Shown in pieces: positions 56,592-64,000 of a stretch of 64,000 nt of DNA; the stretch's first letter is position 1; each line of letters opens with the position of its first letter. The stretch lies in assembly GCF_028289625.1 (NCBI RefSeq), contig NZ_JANQOM010000053.1, positions 2,023-66,022 on the forward strand. Reading direction: 5' to 3'. The notes beneath the pieces were generated by a model. The model saw only the letters and a list, made by a program, of their open reading frames with translations. It was not told the DNA's origin and ran no database searches. The translations under genes and the position numbers were made by a program. The stretch is from Winogradskyella sp. (GTDB lineage: Bacteria > Bacteroidota > Bacteroidia > Flavobacteriales > Flavobacteriaceae).

Positions 56592-57717
56592 CCTGATCGA
56601 TATCTCTCTTTACATCTTTGAACTCCTCAATCCCAACAGAAAACCGAATCAACTGATCACTTATACCAACAGCTTCGCGTTCTTCTTGGGTCAATAAAGC
56701 ATGTGACGTTAAATGCGGAGAAATAACTGTACTCTCAATGCCTGCTAAACTCATCGATGGCTTAATCAATTTTAAGGCTTTTTGAAATTCATAGGCATCC
56801 AAGCCTTCTATTAATTCAAAAGATAACATAGCACCAAAACCATTCATTTGTAACTTTGCCAGTTTATGCTCAGGATGCGTTTTTAAGCCTGGATAGTATA
56901 CTTTAGCAATCTTAGGATGTTTGTACAACCATTTAGCTAGTTTCATGGCGTTTTTAGTTTGCGCTTTTACACGGAGTCCCAAAGTTTTCATACTACGTTC
57001 TAACATCCAAACAGTCATATCGCTTAAACTTCCGCCTAGGTTTTTGCTAACATTCCAAATTCTATCTATATGTTCTTGGCTACTTGCAACGGCTCCAGCA
57101 CATATATCACTATGGCCACCAAAATACTTGGTTGCTGAATGCATTACCATATCGATACCCAAATCGATTGGGTTTTGGTTAACTGGCGATGCAAATGTAT
57201 TGTCAATTGAAGTTAGAATCTGTTTAGACTTTGCTAGTTTAACCACCGCCTTTATATCGGTAATAGTCAGCAAAGGGTTTGAAGGTGTTTCTATGTGAAT
57301 CAACTTTGTATTCTCTTTTATTGCAGCTTCAAAATCTTCAACTTTATAGCCATTGGTAAAAGTATAGGTAATACCATACTTTGGAAATTCCTCCTTAATA
57401 AAATTAACCGTTCCTCCATATAAAGTGTTTTGTACGACCAAGTGATCGCCTTTTTCTAAAAAAGCAAAAAACATATGGCTAATGGCTGCCATTCCAGACC
57501 CAAAAATCAAAGCTGCTTCAGTATGTTCCAAAGCAGCAATCTTCTTAGCTAGGTATTCCTGATTTGGAGTATTAAAATATCTAGGATAGCGTTTTACATC
57601 AACATCTAAAAACTCGTAAGATGAGCTTAAATAGATGGGGGAAACAGCTCCTTTAAATTGCTTATCCTTAATTTCACCAACATGGGTACATATGGTATTT
57701 AATCCTAATTTTTTCAT
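56572..57717 (-). CDS. Cys/Met-metabolism PLP-dependent enzyme (cystathionine gamma-synthase/beta-lyase/methionine gamma-lyase family)
   Basis: 381 aa with a full-length family pattern. PLP-Lys motif SATKYFGGHSD. Confidence 0.88.
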   Translation of the reverse strand: MKKLGLNTICTHVGEIKDKQFKGAVSPIYLSSSYEFLDVDVKRYPRYFNTPNQEYLAKKIAALEHTEAALIFGSGMAAISHMFFAFLEKGDHLVVQNTLYGGTVNFIKEEFPKYGITYTFTNGYKVEDFEAAIKENTKLIHIETPSNPLLTITDIKAVVKLAKSKQILTSIDNTFASPVNQNPIDLGIDMVMHSATKYFGGHSDICAGAVASSQEHIDRIWNVSKNLGGSLSDMTVWMLERSMKTLGLRVKAQTKNAMKLAKWLYKHPKIAKVYYPGLKTHPEHKLAKLQMNGFGAMLSFELIEGLDAYEFQKALKLIKPSMSLAGIESTVISPHLTSHALLTQEEREAVGISDQLIRFSVGIEEFKDVKRDIDQAIAVLT

Positions 57718-57761
57718 GTTATAAAAATAAGAAATAAGACTTTTAAAATTTTTAAAGAAAC

Positions 57762-58631
57762 TTAATTCCTATATAAAAAATACATCACTATAACATGAGG
57801 AACGGTAATTGCAGCCAAAAAGGCAAAAAAGACGGTGACAAAATTTATGCTAAAATAAGTAGTAGCAACATACAATAGCACTAAACCAACTATTGAAATC
57901 AACCAATACACAAATGATGATTTTATGTATTGAACAATATTCACCTTATTAGACTCGCCATAGAGTGTCTTAATTTGATCCATAAGACTAGGTATCGAAT
58001 GCCATACTACAAAATATATGGCGAAAGCCCATAATAATGCAGCTAACTTAAAGAGTATGGCAAATAGAAATATCAAAAACAATTCTTGAAAGTGATTGGT
58101 ATCCTGCCCGAAATTTTTGAGATTAAGACCATAAAGAATTATAGTTGAAACTATCCCAAAACCCATAAACCATAAAAATTGCTGTTCAGTTAAAGCATAA
58201 CCAATCAATTCGTTAATGATTAAGGACGTACTTTCTGAATTAAAGTAGAAAAGTAAACCGAATATTAAACAGCCATAACTTAAAAATAATAATCTGGCCC
58301 ATAGATTGAGATGTGTCATTTGATTATGAAAATGTTGTTCACCAAAGTGATAACAACTAATAAAGACAAAGAAAACAAGTGCTAAAATGGGTAAAATCAA
58401 AAATGCAGTAATATTTAAGAGAACCAAACCAATGTAAAACAAAAGGTACTTTACAGAAAGCTTCTTTTGTTTCTTTACAACTCTAATAAGTGAAATATCA
58501 TTTGACCCATGAATTATACCTATAGTTAATATAAAAAAGTAAGATAAATACTCCTCATAAGAAGTACTAATTTGGGTTGTTAACCAAAAAAGGAATACTG
58601 TTAATATTAAGTTGAAAACTGGGAATTTCAC
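57762..58631 (-). CDS. blh: Brp/Blh-family beta-carotene 15,15'-dioxygenase
   Basis: 289 aa, polytopic. Conserved His sites (IIHGSND, YHFGEQH, VWHS, VPHV). Divergent from the rhodopsin gene. Confidence 0.85.
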   Translation of the reverse strand: MKFPVFNLILTVFLFWLTTQISTSYEEYLSYFFILTIGIIHGSNDISLIRVVKKQKKLSVKYLLFYIGLVLLNITAFLILPILALVFFVFISCYHFGEQHFHNQMTHLNLWARLLFLSYGCLIFGLLFYFNSESTSLIINELIGYALTEQQFLWFMGFGIVSTIILYGLNLKNFGQDTNHFQELFLIFLFAILFKLAALLWAFAIYFVVWHSIPSLMDQIKTLYGESNKVNIVQYIKSSFVYWLISIVGLVLLYVATTYFSINFVTVFFAFLAAITVPHVIVMYFLYRN

Positions 58632-58736
58632 AATATAAAAGTATGAAAATTATATTTTGTTTAATTTTTTTATGAAAACTTTAAACATTTTTTGTTTAAC
58701 TATTTTTAAATTTGTTTGAACAAAAAAATCATTTTT

Positions 58737-59480
58737 ATGAAATTACTAACCATACTCATCGATGGTACACAGAAAATTGCTACCGATGATTACGTAGGCT
58801 TTACATTCTTTGTTGGGTGTATGGCGATGATGGCCGCTTCGGCCTTTTTCTTTTTATCAATGAATAGTTTTGATAGAAAATGGAGAACTTCTATCCTAGT
58901 CTCAGGATTAATTACTTTTATTGCTGCGGTACATTATTGGTACATGAGAGATTATTGGGCTTCTTTTGCCGAATCTCCGACATTCTTTAGATATGTGGAT
59001 TGGGTGCTTACCGTACCATTAATGTGTGTTGAATTCTATCTTATTCTTAAGGTAGCAGGAGCTAAAAAGTCTTTAATGTGGCAAATGATCTTTCTATCCG
59101 TAGTAATGCTTGTTACTGGGTACTTTGGTGAAGCAGTTCATACGGCAGCACCTGGTCCAGCGATTTGGGGATTCATTTCTGGTGTAGCGTACTTTGCTAT
59201 CGTTTATATCATTTGGTTTGGAGCCGCAAAGAAATTGGCAGAACAAGCAGGTGGTGCTGTATTGAAGGCACACAAAACGCTTTGTTGGTTTGTACTGGTT
59301 GGATGGGCCATCTACCCATTAGGCTACATGGCTGGAACAGAAGGCTGGTATGATGGATTAGCTGGTTTAGGGCTAAATATGGATGTTATATATAACATAG
59401 GTGATGCCGTTAACAAAATAGGTTTCGGTCTTGTGGTTTATGCTGCTGCTGTAGCATCACAAGCTAAAGCTGAAGCTTAA
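58737..59480 (+). CDS. proteorhodopsin (DTE-motif light-driven proton pump)
   Basis: ORF 58716 (TTG) trimmed to the ATG at 58737. Helix C RYVDWVLTVPLMCVEF gives D88/T92/E99 (local numbering). Met96 is at the spectral-tuning position. Retinal Lys in DAVNKIGFG. Confidence 0.92.
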   Translation: MKLLTILIDGTQKIATDDYVGFTFFVGCMAMMAASAFFFLSMNSFDRKWRTSILVSGLITFIAAVHYWYMRDYWASFAESPTFFRYVDWVLTVPLMCVEFYLILKVAGAKKSLMWQMIFLSVVMLVTGYFGEAVHTAAPGPAIWGFISGVAYFAIVYIIWFGAAKKLAEQAGGAVLKAHKTLCWFVLVGWAIYPLGYMAGTEGWYDGLAGLGLNMDVIYNIGDAVNKIGFGLVVYAAAVASQAKAEA

Positions 59481-59498
59481 TCTTAGTTTAATTAGGTC

Positions 59499-59531
59499 AA
59501 AAAGCCTTTCCTGAGGGGAAAGGCTTTTTTT
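59499..59531. terminator. bidirectional rho-independent terminator (proteorhodopsin / MATE)
   Basis: AAAGCCTTTCC, loop TGAGG, GGAAAGGCTTT. An 11-bp stem flanked by an A-run and a T-run. Confidence 0.8.
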
Positions 59532-60936
59532 ATACCTTAATGGCTTTCCAATGTCCTTTTTTAAACCAAATAAGTCCTATCACAGTAATCAACACCTCTG
59601 CTAAGGTAATTGCAATAAAAACACCTAGTGGACCTAAATCCAGTGACAAAGCCGATAAATACGCTAGCGGTAACTGAAACAACCAAAAACATATAAAATT
59701 AATCCATGTTGGTGTCTTGGTGTCCCCAGCCCCATTAAAGGCATTGATAATTACCATTCCATACCCATAAAACACATAACCTGCAGCGATAATTCTAAGG
59801 CATAATGCACCATTTTTAACCACTTCTGGCTCTTGGGTAAACCATGAAATAATCTCTGGAGCAAAAATGAGATAGACTATAGACACAAAGCCCATAAAAA
59901 AGGCACTGTACTTCCCTGTTTTCCAAACTGAAGCTTCAGCACGATCTGGCTCTTGGGCTCCTAAATTCTGTCCTACCAAAGTTGCCGCAGCATTGCTCAT
60001 GCCCCAAGCAGGCATTAACGTAAACATCATTACACGAATAGCAATGGTGTAGCCTGCTAGCACTTCACTTCCAAATTCGCTCATAATACGCATTAAAAAC
60101 ACCCAAGATGATGTGCCAATTAAAAATTGTCCGATACCACCTAACGATACTTTTATGAGATTAACCATTACAGCTACTCTAAGTACTATATCCTTTAAAG
60201 CGACTTTTATTTTACTCCAGCCATAAAACAAGACCAATAATTGAAAAATTACTGCTGTACCTCTGCCAATTGTCGTTGCAATAGCCGCTCCTTTTACGCC
60301 GTAAGCTGGCATGGGGCCAAGTCCAAAAATAAATATCGGATCTAGTATAATATTCAAACCGTTGGATAAGACTAAAGCCCACATCGCTATTGAGGCATCA
60401 CCTGCACCTCTAAAAACGGCATTGATCAAAAACAACAACATTATAGTAACGTTCCCGCCAAGTAATATTTGTGTATAACCATAGCCCTCGGCAATTAAAT
60501 CGGGTTCACCTCCCATTAATTGCAATATGTCTTTCGGAAAAAATATACCAATTGCGCTAATTATAGCGGCAACAAAAATGCCTAGACCAATTACCTGCAC
60601 AGTGGCTTGTGAAGCCCCTTCTCGATCTCCTTCTCCTATTCGCCTTGCTACAATAGCTGTAGCCGCCATACTTAACCCTATGGCAACAGCATATACAAGA
60701 GTGATTACAGATTCGGTAAGGCCTATAGTCGCAACGGCATTAACACTTACCTGAGAGACATAAAATATATCTACAATGGCAAAGATTGATTCCATGAGCA
60801 TTTCCAAAATCATTGGAATAGAAAGCATAAACACTGCTCTTCGAATACTGCCTGATGTAAAATCCTGTTCCTTGCCAGAAACTGCGATTCTTAAATATTT
60901 AAAAAATTGTTTTATTGAAATTTTCTTGGATTGCAT
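59530..60936 (-). CDS. MATE-family efflux transporter
   Basis: 468 aa with 12 TM helices and the NorM/DinF-like pattern. Confidence 0.9.
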   Translation of the reverse strand: MQSKKISIKQFFKYLRIAVSGKEQDFTSGSIRRAVFMLSIPMILEMLMESIFAIVDIFYVSQVSVNAVATIGLTESVITLVYAVAIGLSMAATAIVARRIGEGDREGASQATVQVIGLGIFVAAIISAIGIFFPKDILQLMGGEPDLIAEGYGYTQILLGGNVTIMLLFLINAVFRGAGDASIAMWALVLSNGLNIILDPIFIFGLGPMPAYGVKGAAIATTIGRGTAVIFQLLVLFYGWSKIKVALKDIVLRVAVMVNLIKVSLGGIGQFLIGTSSWVFLMRIMSEFGSEVLAGYTIAIRVMMFTLMPAWGMSNAAATLVGQNLGAQEPDRAEASVWKTGKYSAFFMGFVSIVYLIFAPEIISWFTQEPEVVKNGALCLRIIAAGYVFYGYGMVIINAFNGAGDTKTPTWINFICFWLFQLPLAYLSALSLDLGPLGVFIAITLAEVLITVIGLIWFKKGHWKAIKV

Positions 60937-61065
60937 AACTAAAAATGAACTAGTAAAACATAGCTAAACAAATTGTTTTGTTTAACATTTTTACATCACA
61001 TGAAGAGTGACGATTTTTCCGAAAGGTGAATTAAGCAATCATGGCGCAAATATGCACATTATTTT

Positions 61066-61482
61066 TTAATTCTGAAGAAAATAAATCAATGTTATTAAAA
61101 ATAATAAGGTCCACAATGCTGTTCTTGCCCAATTTTTAGTTACCAATTTTTTACAGACATTCTCTACAGGATTATTACCATCTATACTAAAATGTAGTGG
61201 TACAAAGACTCTAAACGTTAGTATCCATAGTATTAAAATCAGCAATAAGCTAATGATGGTATACCAGTCCCTTATTTGCCATAAGTGAAAAATACCGAAT
61301 GCTAATTGACTAAACATCAAAGGTAATACTATGTAAGTAACACGTTTAGTGTAACTTCTATGCCACTTGACCAAATCTGATTTTGAATAATACGCAAAAC
61401 TCGGATAGATGACCAGCTGAACTGCCCAGATTAATACAACAAATCCAAAATCTATGAGCAGTCTTAATATTTCAAGTGTCAT
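61066..61482 (-). CDS. 4-TM membrane protein, unknown family
   Basis: 138-aa hydrophobic ORF. Last gene of a tightly packed three-gene minus-strand cluster. Confidence 0.5.
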   Translation of the reverse strand: MTLEILRLLIDFGFVVLIWAVQLVIYPSFAYYSKSDLVKWHRSYTKRVTYIVLPLMFSQLAFGIFHLWQIRDWYTIISLLLILILWILTFRVFVPLHFSIDGNNPVENVCKKLVTKNWARTALWTLLFLITLIYFLQN

Positions 61483-61483
61483 A

Positions 61484-61867
61484 TCAATTCGTCTTTCTTA
61501 CAATCCATACCCAATACATAAGAATTGGGTGGACAATTAATAATCTAACCCAAGCAATCCAAGGTGCCACACAAAACGCGCTTTCTACACAAGAACCTTT
61601 CAAGATAAAATCAACATGTGATGGTATAAATAGAATCAATAGGACGATAATTCCCTTAGCTGCTAACAGCCTCGTTTTTGGAAAAACAATACCTAGCCCT
61701 AAGAGAATTTCAAAAATACCGCTAGCATAGTTAATAAAGGAGTGAAACGGCAGATAATCAGGAATTAAATCTGAATAAAAATCTGGATTGATAAAATGAT
61801 AGCTGCCTGCAAAAAGATAGAAGCCAACTAATACTAAGCGCAAAATCTTAATCATGACAGTTTCCAT
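61484..61867 (-). CDS. DoxX-like membrane protein
   Basis: 127 aa with 4 TM helices and a DoxX-like pattern (assignment tentative). Confidence 0.55.
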   Translation of the reverse strand: METVMIKILRLVLVGFYLFAGSYHFINPDFYSDLIPDYLPFHSFINYASGIFEILLGLGIVFPKTRLLAAKGIIVLLILFIPSHVDFILKGSCVESAFCVAPWIAWVRLLIVHPILMYWVWIVRKTN

Positions 61868-62235
61868 TTATAATCTACATGTACTTTTTTCAGAATTAGA
61901 AAAAATGGAATCCACCAAATAAAATCATTGGTAATTAATGTATAAATAAATTCAAAAGGCACATCGCCATTTAGGTAATTGAAGATAAACCCTAAAGGAC
62001 CAAAAATTTTACCCAAAAAACCAACTGCTACAATTGGCCAATGTTTCATTGGATTATATGAAGCCCACCAATAGCCTAATCCATAGACACCAATAACCAT
62101 ACCCATACCTTGCCAAACCATGGGATGGTTTAAAGGGGCCATGCCAACAATTTCAAAAAAATGATTAGGGAAAAGAACTACCCAAGCTCCCCAAATAATA
62201 TTGTAAATCGCTGCAAATCGAAGTGTAAAACGCAT
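61852..62235 (-). CDS. 4-TM membrane protein, unknown family
   Basis: 127 aa. Overlaps the next gene by 16 nt, which suggests an operon. Confidence 0.5.
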   Translation of the reverse strand: MRFTLRFAAIYNIIWGAWVVLFPNHFFEIVGMAPLNHPMVWQGMGMVIGVYGLGYWWASYNPMKHWPIVAVGFLGKIFGPLGFIFNYLNGDVPFEFIYTLITNDFIWWIPFFLILKKVHVDYKWKLS

Positions 62236-62286
62236 TTTTCTTTTTTACGCAAAGATAAGGAAGGTAAAATAGGTAAGCGGAAGTTT

Positions 62287-62397
62287 TTAGTCGTTTTTAC
62301 CCGCTTTGTTATAAGCACGAATCATAAGAATAGCCCATAGAGCAACGAGTGCTATAACTGCAATAGAAAACCATAATACAATGTCATTTGCTTCCAT
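62287..62397 (-). CDS. 36-aa single-TM micro-protein (below ORF-track cutoff)
   Basis: Hand translation: MEANDIVLWFSIAVIALVALWAILMIRAYNKAGKND. Its start overlaps the stop of the upstream small ORF by 14 nt. Confidence 0.3.
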   Translation of the reverse strand: MEANDIVLWFSIAVIALVALWAILMIRAYNKAGKND

Positions 62398-62572
62398 GAT
62401 CTACAAGTTTTAAGTAAATCATAACACCGAGTAAGGTTGGTGCCCAAAGGCCTACAAATATACCATGCATTTGATCTCCGGTTAAAAACAAATATTCTGC
62501 GACAAGAATTATAACTGCGCACAAAATCAACATAAGCAAATTCGCAGTTCCTAATTTTTTGAAGTAATCCAT
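62384..62572 (-). CDS. 62-aa 2-TM membrane protein downstream of ccsA
   Basis: Hydrophobic ORF directly after the cytochrome c biogenesis gene. Confidence 0.4.
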   Translation of the reverse strand: MDYFKKLGTANLLMLILCAVIILVAEYLFLTGDQMHGIFVGLWAPTLLGVMIYLKLVDHGSK

Positions 62573-62646
62573 CTTTGAGGGTTAGTTTAAAACCTCAAGT
62601 TAACAAAAATTACAATGTGTGAAAAAAATACTAATAAAATAATTGG

Positions 62647-64000
62647 CTATTTGTAGTAGACTTTGTGCTTTCTATAAGCAAAGAAGGCTAATATTCCGAT
62701 GATAACCAATGTTATAGCAATAAACTGAAAACTTAATATTTGGTCACCACTAGCATACGCATGTAAACCTGACAAATAGAAATTTACGCCAAAATACGTC
62801 ATTAAAATACTACCGAAAGCCAAAACCGACATTAAATTATACAACCAACGTCCGCGCATTCCAGGCACCAAGCGCATATGAATGACAAACGCATAAATCA
62901 TAATGCTGATTAACGCCCAAGTTTCTTTTGGATCCCAGCCCCAATAACGTCCCCAACTTTCGTTAGCCCACATACCTCCCAAGAAATTACCAATAGTGAG
63001 CATCACTAAACCTACCGTCAATGCCAACTCATTAATTATGGTCAATTCTTTGATGTTGATAAGCATACGCTCTTTATTTGTTTTGTTAGTTAAAACCATA
63101 AGCAATAGTGCTACTACACCTAAAATCATACCTATAGCAAAGGGACCATAGCTTGCCACGATAACAGAAACGTGAATCATTAGCCAATAGCCTTGTAAAA
63201 CAGGTTGTAAATTGGCAATTGCAGGATCCATCCAATTCCAATGTGCAACCATCAGAATCATAGAACATACAAAAGCTGCAGATGCTATAGTGAGGTTACT
63301 CTTTCTACCAAATAAAAGACCAAATAGCATCACAGACCAAGCCACATAAATCATGGACTCATAGGCATCGCTCCAAGGAGCATGACCAGACAAATACCAA
63401 CGCCAAACTAAACTTAGCGTATGTGCAGTGAATAGAAGTATTGTAATTCCAATCATGCCATTTATGGCCCACTTCAACCCTTTGCTTCTGAATTGAAATA
63501 TCTGAACAATGATAAGGATAAACAATACAGTTGCCGTATACATGTACCAACTGAAGAGCTTCTTAAAAATATCGTATTTATTGTAAAGAATCTCAGATTC
63601 TATTTTTTCGTTAGATAACATAACGGCACTACCGAACTTCTGTTGGGTTTTCTTTATCCCTTCAAGTAGTTCTTCAGCTTTAGTAAAGTCACCCGTCTGC
63701 TTTGCATTATTTAATGTGACCAGATATGCACTAAAACCATTATTAATGAAATTTTGGTATAAAGAATCCTTTATTGTTTCACTGTAGCCTTTTTCCCTAA
63801 ATTCTAATGAAGAAATCCAAGTGTTGTTCTCATCTTCTGGAACTGGAAATATCTTTACCGAACGTCCTTCAATGGCATTATATAAAAGGTTGACGCGAGA
63901 GTCTGCTTCCTTAATTTCTTTTTGAAAACCATTAGGTACTTGCGCTTTGTATGCTTCTTCAAGATAAGGTCCTAATTTGTATGTTCCGTCTGGATTGAAA
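62647..64000 (-). CDS. ccsA: cytochrome c biogenesis protein CcsA, probably a fused CcsB/ResB-CcsA (5' end outside window)
   Basis: W-rich heme-handling motif WGRYWGWDPKETW. I checked the reading frame upstream of the tracked Met (63621) codon by codon. It stays open to position 64000, so the gene is partial. Confidence 0.85.
   Translation of the reverse strand, partial: FNPDGTYKLGPYLEEAYKAQVPNGFQKEIKEADSRVNLLYNAIEGRSVKIFPVPEDENNTWISSLEFREKGYSETIKDSLYQNFINNGFSAYLVTLNNAKQTGDFTKAEELLEGIKKTQQKFGSAVMLSNEKIESEILYNKYDIFKKLFSWYMYTATVLFILIIVQIFQFRSKGLKWAINGMIGITILLFTAHTLSLVWRWYLSGHAPWSDAYESMIYVAWSVMLFGLLFGRKSNLTIASAAFVCSMILMVAHWNWMDPAIANLQPVLQGYWLMIHVSVIVASYGPFAIGMILGVVALLLMVLTNKTNKERMLINIKELTIINELALTVGLVMLTIGNFLGGMWANESWGRYWGWDPKETWALISIMIYAFVIHMRLVPGMRGRWLYNLMSVLAFGSILMTYFGVNFYLSGLHAYASGDQILSFQFIAITLVIIGILAFFAYRKHKVYYK

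Noticed and set aside
1-64000. Looked for an integron integrase, other tyrosine/serine recombinases, transposases or phage genes
   Set aside because: None of the tracked ORFs on either strand shows recombinase or transposase motifs. The integrase, if any, must lie outside the window, predicted to the left.

Overview
AT-rich bacterial chromosome segment with Bacteroidota/Flavobacteriia hallmarks: TAnnTTTG-type -7 boxes, many lipoprotein signals, a T9SS C-terminal sorting domain, and proteorhodopsin plus blh. It has two parts. (1) Positions 1 to ~20.0 kb, with relics to ~23.0 kb, hold co-oriented (+) small ORFs or ORF groups. Each is followed by a 58-201 bp imperfect inverted-repeat element with an RYYYAAC-like left box and a GTTRRRY-like right box. 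The left box of each element is the reverse complement of the right box of the PRECEDING element (up to 10/10 nt), so each unit reads like a linearised circle. That is the signature of an integron gene-cassette array with attC sites. I count 12 clear full-length attC-like sites plus 8 decayed, truncated or relic ones. There is no integrase, attI or transposase in the window, and the array runs off the left edge. Cargo includes an M23 peptidase, a 2H phosphoesterase, a GNAT, an AadA-like nucleotidyltransferase, an esterase, a CPBP protease, AraC and Crp regulators, HEXXH proteins and many orphan lipoproteins and membrane proteins. (2) ~23-64 kb is ordinary core genome: rraA, pheT, tpx, dgkA, ftsK, lolA-like, lptF/G-like, ribBA, a GH16/T9SS laminarinase, a 1250-aa transglutaminase-like protein, DegT aminotransferase, tRNA-Ser, two M28 peptidases, tRNA-His, bshB1, an SLC13 transporter, pckA, a trans-sulfuration PLP enzyme, a MATE pump and a partial fused CcsBA. 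Notable in this half are a divergent blh/proteorhodopsin pair (DTE proton-pump motif, Met at the tuning position) and a 631-aa uncharacterised PEPCK/HPr-kinase-like P-loop protein between the SLC13 carrier and pckA. All calls come from reading the sequence and ORF translations by eye; no database search was run.
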